From: an uncultured Chloroflexia bacterium
Lineage (GTDB): Bacteria; Chloroflexota; Limnocylindria; Limnocylindrales; CSP1-4
Direction of reading: 5' to 3'
Length of the DNA: 64,000 bases
NCBI GenBank assembly: GCA_963768655.1
Contig: CAVYIM010000003.1
Coordinates: 768,001 to 832,000 of the forward strand
The first letter of the stretch is position 1. Every line of letters begins with the position of its first letter. A program made the position numbers and the translations under genes. The notes beneath the pieces are model-generated. The model did not search any database. It was not told the origin of the DNA and saw only the letters and a list, made by a program, of their open reading frames with translations. Shown here piece after piece: positions 9,899 through 18,718 of this stretch.

Positions 9899-10606
9899 CT
9901 ACCGGTGCTCTTCCGCCTGGGTTCGGGCCGCGCCGGTGGCGGATTCCCTCCACCAGCGGCCCCGAGGCTCCTCCGGCTTCTGGCCGTTGGAGCCGGCCGT
10001 CGGCGGGGCCTCCATCGGCGGGGCCTCCGGAGCCGGAGCGGCGGCCGTTTCGAGGGGTTCGCCGCGTGCAGCTCGTTCAGCCCGCTCGCGTCTCTCTCGG
10101 AGCTCGGCGGCGAACGACTCTCGGTCCAGATCGGCGAAGACGGGCGGATCGGGCATCTTGGATGCCATGGTGGCGAAGACGGTGGGATCCGCGCTGCCCT
10201 GGAGGAGCTGCTCGAAGAACTGAGATACCTCGGTCTGGAAGCTCTCGATCCGTTCCTGAACGCTGCCGATCTCCGCCTCGACGTCGGCGTGGAACTCCGT
10301 CAGCTCCTGCTCGAGCAGCTGGCGGCGTCGCAGGATACGTTGCTCCGTTTCCTGGCGAACTCGTTCCACCCTGGCCCTCGCTCGCTCGCGGATGGTGGCC
10401 ACGTCGGCCTCCGATGCCTGCCGCAGCACCTCGGAATCTTCCAGCGTTCGCGCGCGGAGCTGTTCGATGTATGTTTTGGCGTCGTTCTGGCACTTTTCGA
10501 AGTCAGCCTGCCGCGAGGCATCAGCGGCCGAGCGCATAGCCTGAGTCAGATCCGCCATCAAACGGTTCTGGTGCTGCGCCGCCGAGTCGTTCACGCTGAT
10601 CTCCAT
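9899..10606 (-). CDS. Hypothetical coiled-coil protein (paralog B, lacks the C-terminal domain)
   Basis: SVND..A.H.N...ADLTQAMRS...QFFEQLLQ..DPTVFA.MA..MPDPP.FA shared with paralog A. Confidence 0.8.
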   Translation of the reverse strand: MEISVNDSAAQHQNRLMADLTQAMRSAADASRQADFEKCQNDAKTYIEQLRARTLEDSEVLRQASEADVATIRERARARVERVRQETEQRILRRRQLLEQELTEFHADVEAEIGSVQERIESFQTEVSQFFEQLLQGSADPTVFATMASKMPDPPVFADLDRESFAAELRERRERAERAARGEPLETAAAPAPEAPPMEAPPTAGSNGQKPEEPRGRWWRESATGAARTQAEEHR

Positions 10607-10759
10607 GGTCCCAGCCCCCGCATCCTCGAAGAGCGGGGGCTAGAGGCCCACGATACTACCCCGCGTCCCGCCCGCGCCCAACCATGACACACCAGGCACC
10701 TCGAGACGCCAGCCCATTGTTGCCAGTCCCAGGCCGGGCGGCGAGGGACTTTTCCCAAG

Positions 10760-10827
10760 CATGGGCGGGGTGCTGCCCGCCAGCACCCGGCTGGAGGTAC
10801 CAGGACCAACGGCCCTTACGTACCGCC
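10760..10827. repeat. Conserved 68-bp upstream element, copy 2
   Basis: Matches 9713-9780; contains perfect hairpin GGGTGCTG-N5-CAGCACCC. Confidence 0.8.
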
Positions 10828-10868
10828 GCACGCGGCATGTCAGGCCCGCGAAGTTGGCCGACGCAGCC

Positions 10869-11753
10869 TCAAGTCTCGGGCGGCCCCGGAGGATCCGAGC
10901 GAGCCCTCGTTGCTCTGTCGGCCCAGGCCGCCAGGACCCGGTCCTTGTGCGGGCGGATGGGGCAATGCTCGTCGCGGTTGGCGGCCTCGTCACAGTAGCC
11001 GAGAGGCACGCACTTGGGGGCGAGGAAACTGCCCAGGAACGGGCTGACGGCGAAGACCTCGTGGCGGACGAGCTGAAAGAGCCGCCGGATCTCCCACTGG
11101 GCCATCGTGCACAGCCGCAGGCCGGACATGTGGATCAGAGCGCGGAGGTTCGCCGTCATGACCAGGTTCGTGCGCGTGGCGTTGGGAAAGACGAAGCGGG
11201 CGTCCTCGCCTGGTATGCCGGCATCGAGGAGCTCCGAGTACACCTCGAGCGCCCCTTCGAGCTGATCCTCGTAGCGGCGCAGCAGCTCTGGATCGGCCTC
11301 GGCGATGGTCGCCGGCAGCATTGTGGAAGCGCCCTTCTTGTACGAGACGTACCGCTGGCTCTGCTGGTCGAAGGCGACGCCGGCTCGATGTCGGACGAGC
11401 TGGTGGCTGAGGGTTCGGCTGACCCCGGTGATCGCAAACGTGAAGACGACATGCTCGATGGTCGAGCCGTGCCCGGATTCGATCACCCGGCCGATCAGCT
11501 CGCGCTGTTTCTCCGGTGTGATCCGCCCGTCGACCGCGCGCTCGAAGATGTCGTCCGGGGCGAGCTCCGAGTAGCAGGTGCGGCACGCCGTGTAGATGAG
11601 CGGTACGTAGTAGCGCTCGACGATCTCACGACTGGGGAAGATGAGCGTGGCTCTCATGCCAAGGTCGTGGCGACCCGGGTTGCGCGGCATCGCGGAGCTG
11701 GCTGTGCTGACTGGAGCGCCGGGGGAACTCGCGGCGCCGGGATCGACGGTCAC
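10869..11753 (-). CDS. thyX: FAD-dependent thymidylate synthase
   Basis: GHGSTIEH, SRTLSHQLVRHR..AFDQQSQRY, EDARFVFP, AQWEIR; true start may be 11690 or 11657. Confidence 0.93.
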   Translation of the reverse strand: MTVDPGAASSPGAPVSTASSAMPRNPGRHDLGMRATLIFPSREIVERYYVPLIYTACRTCYSELAPDDIFERAVDGRITPEKQRELIGRVIESGHGSTIEHVVFTFAITGVSRTLSHQLVRHRAGVAFDQQSQRYVSYKKGASTMLPATIAEADPELLRRYEDQLEGALEVYSELLDAGIPGEDARFVFPNATRTNLVMTANLRALIHMSGLRLCTMAQWEIRRLFQLVRHEVFAVSPFLGSFLAPKCVPLGYCDEAANRDEHCPIRPHKDRVLAAWADRATRARSDPPGPPET

Positions 11754-11843
11754 CGCGTCAGGATAGCGACTCCGATCGGCTCCCGACCGCTCGTGCCCGG
11801 ATTACCCGCATGCTGCGACGGGCCCCTGAGTCTGTCTCGCATG

Positions 11844-11917
11844 TAGTCGTCATCGACTGTTGAGAGACAAAGTAGCCGTTGACGGCTATCAGATCCTTTG
11901 TTAGCCTGATGGCGTGG
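11844..11917. promoter_or_regulatory. TAGYC palindromic boxes at 29-bp spacing upstream of satD
   Basis: TAGTCGtcatCGACTg (11844), perfect TAGCCGTtgACGGCTA (11873), half-site TAGCC (11902). Confidence 0.55.
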
Positions 11918-12582
11918 ATGAGGCGCGAGGACTGGTGCTGTTCGGCGACGTGGTCGGGTCGCGGCGCGACCCTTCCGGGGCCGCCGAATGGCTGCGCCGC
12001 CTCGTCGACGAGCTGGACCAGGCCTATGGCGAGCAACGGCTGGCCCCTTTCGGGTTCACCCAGGGCGATGAGTTGCAGGGGCTGCTGGTTGCCGATGCGG
12101 ATCCACTGGTGGCGGTCCTGCACGCGGATCTCAATCCATCGGCGCGACCGATGCGCTGGGTGTGCGTGAAAGGCGGAGTGGATCCGGGAGAGGGGCCGGC
12201 CACGCAGCGTACGGGCCCGGCCTTCCTGGCGGCTCGAGACGCGATCGAGGCGGCTCGAGCGGGGCACGATCGCCTGGTCATACAGACCGGCCAGACGGAG
12301 GTAGATGAGCTTCTTGCCGGCATGACGCCGGCCCTGGCCGACATGCTGGAGGGCTTGACGCCGCGCCAGCGCGCCGTCGGCCGCCTGGCTTTGATCGAAG
12401 GCCTGCGCCAGTCGGAAGTCGCGGACCGGCTGGGCGTGCGCCGGGCCACGATCTCGGTTTCGTTCGGACGGGCCAGGGTCCAAACCCTGCAGCGGCTCGT
12501 GGCCGCGATCCGCAAGGTCTACTCCAGTGCCGGCGCCAGCGCCGGCGCTCAGGCGAGTGGCGCCACCGGAACCGGCGCCTAA
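11914..12582 (+). CDS. SatD family protein (nucleotide-cyclase-like domain plus C-terminal HTH)
   Basis: GDVVGSR, TQGDELQG, TGPAFLAAR; LTPRQ...QSEVADRLGVRRATIS HTH. Confidence 0.85.
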   Translation: MDEARGLVLFGDVVGSRRDPSGAAEWLRRLVDELDQAYGEQRLAPFGFTQGDELQGLLVADADPLVAVLHADLNPSARPMRWVCVKGGVDPGEGPATQRTGPAFLAARDAIEAARAGHDRLVIQTGQTEVDELLAGMTPALADMLEGLTPRQRAVGRLALIEGLRQSEVADRLGVRRATISVSFGRARVQTLQRLVAAIRKVYSSAGASAGAQASGATGTGA

Positions 12583-12593
12583 GGGAGAACGTC

Positions 12594-13505
12594 GTGACCG
12601 AACCGCTGCTCCTGCTCGGCTGGCTCCTGGTGAGCCACCTCACGGCCGATTTCGTTCTCCAGACGGACGCGAGCGTCGCCGACCGGAACGAGTCGGGGCC
12701 ACGGGCGCGGCGCGCCCTCGGGTTTCATGCCCTGGTTGTCGCCGCCGCCATGGCGCCTTTCTGGCTCGCCTTCGGGACGCCGGGTTTTCTCGCCCTGCTC
12801 GTGGCCGCCATACCTCATCCGTTCATCGATGCCGTCAAGACGCGCGTCACCGAGACGCGCCGCGGTGCTTCCGCCCAGACGGAATGGTCCCCCTGGCCGG
12901 CCGGCCTCTTCCTGGCGGACCAGGCGGCCCACCTGGGGCTCTTGCTGGGGGCGTGGTGGGTCTTCCTGCGTGACGCCGCCTTGAACCCGTGGTTTGCCGA
13001 CCGTGTGGCGGGGGCGACGTCGGGAATTGCCGCGTCGGACGTCCACAGCGCGGCCCTCATTCTTATCGTCGGCTGGTCCCTGGCGGTGATCAACGGGCGG
13101 GCGGCCCGGTTCTTCGTGCCGCTCCTGCTCCCGCCGGAGGCTGGATCGGGCGTGGCCACGGCGGCATCGGGCGGCGCGCCGGGGGTCACACTCCAACGGG
13201 CGGGCGGCTACAGCGTCAAGCTTGGCCCCGTGTCGGGCCGTATCGAGCCGGACCATCCTCCCGTTGTCGAGACCCCGGACAACGTCGGCGCCGTCGTAGG
13301 TGTACTCGAGCGGCTGCTGGTGGTCATCCTGGTCCTCGACCACGCGGAGCTCGCCATCGGGCTCGTCGTGGCGGCCAAGACGCTGGCGCGGTTCAAGCAG
13401 CTCGACGAGCGGCCGTTCGCGGAGAAATACCTGGTCGGGACGCTGGCGAGCGTGACCGTGGCGGTGGCGAGCGGTCTGGCGGCTCGAGCCGTGCTGGGCG
13501 TCTAG
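12594..13505 (+). CDS. DUF3307 family membrane protein (SatE-like)
   Basis: HLTADFVLQT, H-x-x-ID, DQAAH, GVLER, AAKTLARF, EKYLVGTLAS. Confidence 0.85.
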   Translation: MTEPLLLLGWLLVSHLTADFVLQTDASVADRNESGPRARRALGFHALVVAAAMAPFWLAFGTPGFLALLVAAIPHPFIDAVKTRVTETRRGASAQTEWSPWPAGLFLADQAAHLGLLLGAWWVFLRDAALNPWFADRVAGATSGIAASDVHSAALILIVGWSLAVINGRAARFFVPLLLPPEAGSGVATAASGGAPGVTLQRAGGYSVKLGPVSGRIEPDHPPVVETPDNVGAVVGVLERLLVVILVLDHAELAIGLVVAAKTLARFKQLDERPFAEKYLVGTLASVTVAVASGLAARAVLGV

Positions 13506-13541
13506 TTCGGCCGGTCCCGCGCGGGCCGCGGTCGTGCCACC

Positions 13542-14192
13542 TCAGCCGATGACGTGGGCCAGGCGCAGGCACAGCGCGCCGATCCCGGCCAGCGACCACG
13601 ACACCCACAAGACGGCGATGAGCGTTGGCACGCGATTCTCGATCAGCCGGCGGGTGGCGCTGAACGGCTCGATCAACCTGTCCAGGCCGGTCTCGTCCAG
13701 CCCGGCGTCGGATAGCGCCAGAGCGGCGAGCTCGTCCGTGTCGGAGTGGTTGCGCGACCGCTGCAGCAGCTTGAAGCGCGTGAACACGCGCCGCTCCGGC
13801 GGAAGCTCGCGCTCGGCGCGGACGATCTCGCGATGCCAGAAGCGAACGTCGTCGCCAAGGCCCAGGGCGGCCCGCCGCATTCGGGCGAGCAGCAGCAGGC
13901 TGCCGGTGGCGTCGACGAGCAGCAGCACGGCGGGGACCCACGCCCGGCTGACTTCAAGAGTGAGGATCGACACGAGCAAGCCGCCGGCCAGACCCAGGAG
14001 GATGACCTCCATCACGAGGTAGAGGCTGCGAAAGCCGTGCAGCCACGAGTCTCGCCACTGGGCCCCGGCGAGCATGAAGCCGAGCTGGGGCGCGGCAGCG
14101 TGGTGGCCGTCCAGGCCCTCCAGGCGCCGCTCCAGCGGAGTGCGTTCGGAGGCAGGGGAATCGGTTGGACGCGGGGAAAGGATGGGGGCCAT
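13542..14192 (-). CDS. Hypothetical membrane protein (about 3 TM helices)
   Basis: Hydrophobic segments LVMEVILLGLAGGLLV, VPAVLLLV, LIAVLWVSWSLAGI; start chosen at MAPILSP. Confidence 0.6.
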   Translation of the reverse strand: MAPILSPRPTDSPASERTPLERRLEGLDGHHAAAPQLGFMLAGAQWRDSWLHGFRSLYLVMEVILLGLAGGLLVSILTLEVSRAWVPAVLLLVDATGSLLLLARMRRAALGLGDDVRFWHREIVRAERELPPERRVFTRFKLLQRSRNHSDTDELAALALSDAGLDETGLDRLIEPFSATRRLIENRVPTLIAVLWVSWSLAGIGALCLRLAHVIG

Positions 14193-14543
14193 GTCACGCT
14201 TCGGTGCCGCGGACTGTTCTGCACCTTCGGGCCGCGATCTCGGCGTCCGCGTGGCGAGATCGGGTAGTTGACCAGAGCATCGCCCCGTGGCGGCCCGTGC
14301 GCCGAGGGCCAACGGGCATCGGGCGGCGGTGCCGAGTGGCGCGGGGGCGCCGCCAAAGGGCATCGAATCGGCGGCGGAGGGCTCCATGGCGGCGAGTGGC
14401 GCCGCCCTGCAGCGCGCCGCCCCGCTGGGCGCCGCGGCCGTTCGGCGCGCCGCGGCGAGGGCCGCCAGGTCGCCGCGGGCGGTTCGACCGCGATGCGTGT
14501 AGGCTGGCCGGACCGCAACATGGCAACGCGAGGAGGAATCGAG

Positions 14544-14915
14544 ATGGCCGACGGCGCCGCCAGGCCGGTCACGGTCCAGTACTTCTACAAGGTTCGCTGG
14601 GGCTTCCAGGACGAGTTCGTCGAGCTTTTCGAGCGGAACCACTGGCCGCTGCTTCGCGCCCAGCTGGAGGCGGGCCGGCTGCTCGAGGTGCGCGCCTACG
14701 AGCCGCGTTTCCACGGCGACGGTCGCCAGGACTGGACCTTCGAAGTCACGATCACGTACCGCGACTGGGCCTCCATGGAAGAGCACACCGACCCCGCCAT
14801 CATCGCCCGCCTCTACCCCGATGCCGAGAAGCTGGCGCGCGAGGAGCAGCGCCGGTTCGAGCTGATCGAGGCACACTGGGACACGCCCCTCGAGGAGCAC
14901 GCACTGCCGCGGTAG
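14544..14915 (+). CDS. Hypothetical protein, NIPSNAP/dimeric alpha-beta barrel-like
   Basis: GAGGAGG RBS then ATG at 14544; YFYKVRWG..DEF.ELF..NHWPLL and AHWD pattern. Confidence 0.75.
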   Translation: MADGAARPVTVQYFYKVRWGFQDEFVELFERNHWPLLRAQLEAGRLLEVRAYEPRFHGDGRQDWTFEVTITYRDWASMEEHTDPAIIARLYPDAEKLAREEQRRFELIEAHWDTPLEEHALPR

Positions 14916-14933
14916 CGCGGTCGCCGGCCGCCG

Positions 14934-15123
14934 CAACCTGGTCAAATGACAGCCCTGGTAGCACGAGACCGATTTGGAAGGCCGACTCGGCGGCCGCGGG
15001 GCCCTGGATGGGTGCCGCACCGGCGGTCGCCACGCTTGGGATTGCGTCGGGCCGGCCTCGTGCGGGGCCCGCAAGCCGGGGAACCTGCCCGCGTGCTACT
15101 CGGGTTTGCATATGACCAGGTTG
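14934..15123. mobile_element. MITE/REP-like 190-bp element with 32-bp imperfect terminal inverted repeats
   Basis: CAACCTGGTCAAATGACAGCCCTGGTAGCACG vs reverse complement of 15092-15123, CAACCTGGTCATATGCAAACCCGAGTAGCACG (26/32). Confidence 0.6.
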
Positions 15124-15154
15124 GCTGCGCCCAGCTGGCCGAAAGGGCCTTGAC

Positions 15155-16234
15155 TCAGACCGGTCGCGTCGAATCCTCGAGCGACTCGATCGTCTGGCGC
15201 AGCACCTCGGCCGACTTCCGAACGCCCCGGGCCTCGCGCGGGCTCAGGTCCAGGCGCAGCACCCGCTCGATGCCGCGCCGGCTGATAACGGTCGGCAGGC
15301 TGAGGCAGACGTCGTCGATGCCGTAGTAGTCGCTGACCAGGCTCGAGATCGACAGGACCGTGTTCTGGTCGCGCAGGATCGCCTCGGTGATGCGCATCAG
15401 ACCCGCGGCCACGGCGTAGTAAGTGGCGCCCTTGCGGCTGATGATCTCGTACGCGGCGTCGCGGGTCTGGCGGAAGATCCGCTCCATCGTGTCCGTGCCG
15501 AGCGGGATGCCGTTCTCCGAGCAGAAGGTCGGCAGGCGCATGCCCGCCACGTTGGCCAGCGACCAGACCGGCACTTCGCTGTCGCCGTGCTCGCCGATGA
15601 TGTAGGCGTGGACGCTTCGCGGGTCCACGCCCAGGTGCTCGCTCAGCATGTATCGGAAGCGGGCTGTGTCGAGGATCGTGCCCGAGCCGAAGACACGGCG
15701 GGGTGGCAGGCCGGCCAGCTTGAGGGTGACGTAGGTCAGGACGTCGACCGGGTTGGTGGCGACGACGATGATCCCCTCCGGGTTGGCTTCGGCCACCTGC
15801 GGCACGATCTGGGCGAAGATCGCGGCGTTGCGCTTGACCAGCTCGAGGCGGGTCTCGCCCGGGCGCTGGCCCACGCCGGCGGCGATGACGGTGATCGCCG
15901 CGCCTTCGCAGTCGGCGTATTCGCCGGCGCAGATCTTCGTCGGATGCGCGAACGGCACGGCGTGGTTGAGGTCCATCGCCTCGCCCTCGGCGCGCTCGTG
16001 GTTGGCGTCGACGAGGACGATCTCCGAGGCGATGCCCGACAGCAGCAGCGAATAGGCGAAGGTCGAGCCGACCATTCCCACGCCGACGATGGCGATCTTG
16101 GTGGGGCGGCCGGTCTGGTAGTCCGGCTCACGGGTCATCGACGGCTCGCCCGTAGGCCCGCTGCGGCCGCGGCGGGCGGTCGGAGCAGAAGCCCCGGTCG
16201 CTGGAGCGGTGGTTGGATCGACGATCTCGCTCAT
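15155..16234 (-). CDS. ldh: L-lactate dehydrogenase
   Basis: GVGMVG Rossmann fold, GVGQRPGETRL (Gln specificity residue), TNPVD, GEHGDS, KGATYY; start may be 16138. Confidence 0.93.
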   Translation of the reverse strand: MSEIVDPTTAPATGASAPTARRGRSGPTGEPSMTREPDYQTGRPTKIAIVGVGMVGSTFAYSLLLSGIASEIVLVDANHERAEGEAMDLNHAVPFAHPTKICAGEYADCEGAAITVIAAGVGQRPGETRLELVKRNAAIFAQIVPQVAEANPEGIIVVATNPVDVLTYVTLKLAGLPPRRVFGSGTILDTARFRYMLSEHLGVDPRSVHAYIIGEHGDSEVPVWSLANVAGMRLPTFCSENGIPLGTDTMERIFRQTRDAAYEIISRKGATYYAVAAGLMRITEAILRDQNTVLSISSLVSDYYGIDDVCLSLPTVISRRGIERVLRLDLSPREARGVRKSAEVLRQTIESLEDSTRPV

Positions 16235-16347
16235 GGCGTCATGCTGCCACGGAGCGGCGAACTCTGTGCATCGAAGTTCGAGCGCGACCGCCCGGCCGGT
16301 CGTTCGATCGACTGTCTCAGATGGGGCGGACGCCGTCAGCGGCGCCT

Positions 16348-17634
16348 CTACGACCGCTCGACCGGGAAGAAGCGCGGCAGGTGGCCGCGGTTCGCTTCGA
16401 GCAGCGCGCCGAGCAATGGCACGGCGACGTCCCACTCCGAGACCAGCGGATTCGACAGGAGCGCGCGCAGCGCTGTCACTCGGTCGCCCGTGATCGCGGC
16501 TTCGACGGCCAGTCGTTCGTACGCCTTCGCGTGCTGGACGAGCCCACGCATCTCGGGCGCGAGCGGTCGAAGCGGGAGTGGATGCGCTCCATCACGGTCG
16601 ATGCGAGCAGGTATCTCGACCACGTCGTCAGCCGCCATGTCGGGCAGCGCGCCCCTGTTCCTGACGTTCACCACCTGCACGTCGCCGGTGCCGGCGTGCA
16701 GCGACGCCATGAGCTGTGCGGCGGCCTCGCTGTAGAACGCGCCCCCGCGCTGCTCCAGCAGCGCCGGCTTGGCGTGGAGCGCGGGATCGCGGTACATCTC
16801 CAGGAGCTGTCGCTCGATCTCCATCACCTCGGTCGCTCGCGTGTGGCCCGCCCGCTCCTCGGCGAGCACCTCCGAAGTTCGGTAGTAGTAGCGAAGGTAG
16901 TAGGAGGGCAGGGCGCGGATGGCACGGAGGAGATCGACTGGGAGCTCCAGCTCCTCGGCGAGAGCCGCCGCGGAGACGTCGTCGTCGAGGGACTCGGGCA
17001 AGATGTCGTGACCATCGACGCGGACCGCGCGCTCCCACGTCAGGTGGTTGAGGCCGACGTGCTCGAGCTCGACCCGTTCCGGCGCGACACCCCGCGCGGC
17101 GGCGATGCGGCGCTGGAGCGTGATCGCCACGTTGCACAGGCCCATCGCCCGGTAGCCGGCATCGAGCAGCGCCTGGGTGACGATTCCCACCGGGTTCGTG
17201 AAGTCGAGGATCCAGGCGCCGTCTCCCGCCCGGTGTGCGGCGGTTTCGGCGATGTCGAGCACCACTGGAACGGTGCGCAGCGCTTTCGCGAACCCACCGG
17301 GGCCCGTCGTCTCCTGACCTATGCAGCCGAAGCGGAGCGGCAGCGTCTCATCGACGAAACGGGCAGCCTGTCCCCCGACGCGCAGCTGGATGACGACGAA
17401 ATCCGCGCCGTCGAGCGCCGCGTCGCGGTCCTCTGTCACCGTCAGCTGGCCCGACCACCCTCGACGACGGAGCATGCGTCCGGCGAGCCCCGCCACGACG
17501 TCCAGGCGCGGGCCGTCGATGTCCAGGAGGGCGAGCTCGTCCACGGGCAGTCGGTCGGCGCGCGTCGCCAGCCCGTCCACCAGCTCGGGTGTGTACGTCG
17601 ACCCGGCGCCGACTACCGCGATCTTCACTCCCAA
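16348..17634 (-). CDS. GH4 family 6-phospho-beta-glucosidase-like enzyme (CsnH-like)
   Basis: KIAVVGAGSTYTPE, GQETTGPGG, FTNP, GLCN, GLNH, RGGAFYSE. Confidence 0.9.
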   Translation of the reverse strand: MGVKIAVVGAGSTYTPELVDGLATRADRLPVDELALLDIDGPRLDVVAGLAGRMLRRRGWSGQLTVTEDRDAALDGADFVVIQLRVGGQAARFVDETLPLRFGCIGQETTGPGGFAKALRTVPVVLDIAETAAHRAGDGAWILDFTNPVGIVTQALLDAGYRAMGLCNVAITLQRRIAAARGVAPERVELEHVGLNHLTWERAVRVDGHDILPESLDDDVSAAALAEELELPVDLLRAIRALPSYYLRYYYRTSEVLAEERAGHTRATEVMEIERQLLEMYRDPALHAKPALLEQRGGAFYSEAAAQLMASLHAGTGDVQVVNVRNRGALPDMAADDVVEIPARIDRDGAHPLPLRPLAPEMRGLVQHAKAYERLAVEAAITGDRVTALRALLSNPLVSEWDVAVPLLGALLEANRGHLPRFFPVERS

Positions 17635-17638
17635 CGCG

Positions 17639-18718
17639 TTACCTCGCTTCTCGACCGGAGACCGGCAAATCACCTGGCGGAATAGCGCCGGCGGTCGCTG
17701 CGGCGTCGGCGGCGGCCACATGACAGGCGGCGCTGTGATCTGGAGCCAGGACCCGCAGCTGAGGCGTAACCCGTCGGCATTCATCGATGGCGTAGGGACA
17801 GCGTTCGCGGAAGCGGCACCCCTCGCCGGGGTTCACCACCTTGGGCGGCTCGCCGACGGCGGGCGAAGTCGAAACCGAGATGGGCTCCCGGGGGTCGGGC
17901 ACGGCCGAGAGCAGGAGCTTGGTATAGGGGTGCCTGGGGTCGACCAGCACCGTCTCGGTCGGGCCGGCCTCGACGATGTGCGCCGCGTACATGACCATGA
18001 TCCGGTCGGCGACGTACCGGGCGCTGGCGATATCGTGGGTGATGTAGAGGATGGATACCCCTTCGCGTTCTCGCAGGTCGGCCATCAGGTTGAGGATCCC
18101 GGCTCGAATGGAGACGTCGAGCATCGACACCGGCTCATCGGCCAGGATCAGCTTGGGTCGCACTGCCACCGCTTGGGCGAAGCCGACGCGCTGACGCTGG
18201 CCGCCGCTCATCTCGTACGGGAACTTCCGCAGCATCTCGCCCGCCGGGGTCAGCCCGACGAGGGTGAAGACCCGTTCCGCCTCCTGAAGCCGCTCGGCGC
18301 GGCCCAGCTCGGGTCGGTGCAGCTTCAGGTTGCGCATGACGCCGTGCGAGACACGGAACACCGGGTTCATCGAGCTGTACGGGTCCTGGAAGACCATCTG
18401 CACCTGGCTCCGGTAGTGGAGCAGGTCCCGGCGGGAGTGCAGGCTGTGGACGGAACGGCCCCGGAACTCGATCCGGCCGCGGGTGGGCCTGTAGAGCATG
18501 GCCAGCAGCCGAGCGATCGTGCTCTTGCCGCTGCCGCTCTCGCCGACCAGGGAGACGATCTCCCGCTCGCCGATGGCCAGACTGACGTCGTCGACGGCAT
18601 GCAGCACCTGGTTCGAGAAGAGGCCGCCGAGGCGAAAGTGCCGGGTCAGACCGACCGTGCGCAGCAGCGGCTCGTCGACTGGGGCCGCCCCGTTCTCGTC
18701 GAACTCGACGCCCGCCAT
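17639..18718 (-). CDS. Opp/Dpp-type ABC transporter ATP-binding protein (OppF-like)
   Basis: GESGSGKST, MSGGQRQR, DEPVSMLD, C-terminal GCRF..RCP. Confidence 0.93.
   Translation of the reverse strand: MAGVEFDENGAAPVDEPLLRTVGLTRHFRLGGLFSNQVLHAVDDVSLAIGEREIVSLVGESGSGKSTIARLLAMLYRPTRGRIEFRGRSVHSLHSRRDLLHYRSQVQMVFQDPYSSMNPVFRVSHGVMRNLKLHRPELGRAERLQEAERVFTLVGLTPAGEMLRKFPYEMSGGQRQRVGFAQAVAVRPKLILADEPVSMLDVSIRAGILNLMADLREREGVSILYITHDIASARYVADRIMVMYAAHIVEAGPTETVLVDPRHPYTKLLLSAVPDPREPISVSTSPAVGEPPKVVNPGEGCRFRERCPYAIDECRRVTPQLRVLAPDHSAACHVAAADAAATAGAIPPGDLPVSGREAR

Noticed and set aside
8588-10687. 699-aa plus-strand ORF
   Set aside because: Antisense shadow of the two coiled-coil genes; no motifs; long stop-free antisense frames are expected at ~70% GC
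13542-15074. 510-aa minus-strand ORF taken at full length
   Set aside because: The upstream part is antisense to the 14544..14915 gene; only the 3' 216 codons look like a real membrane protein
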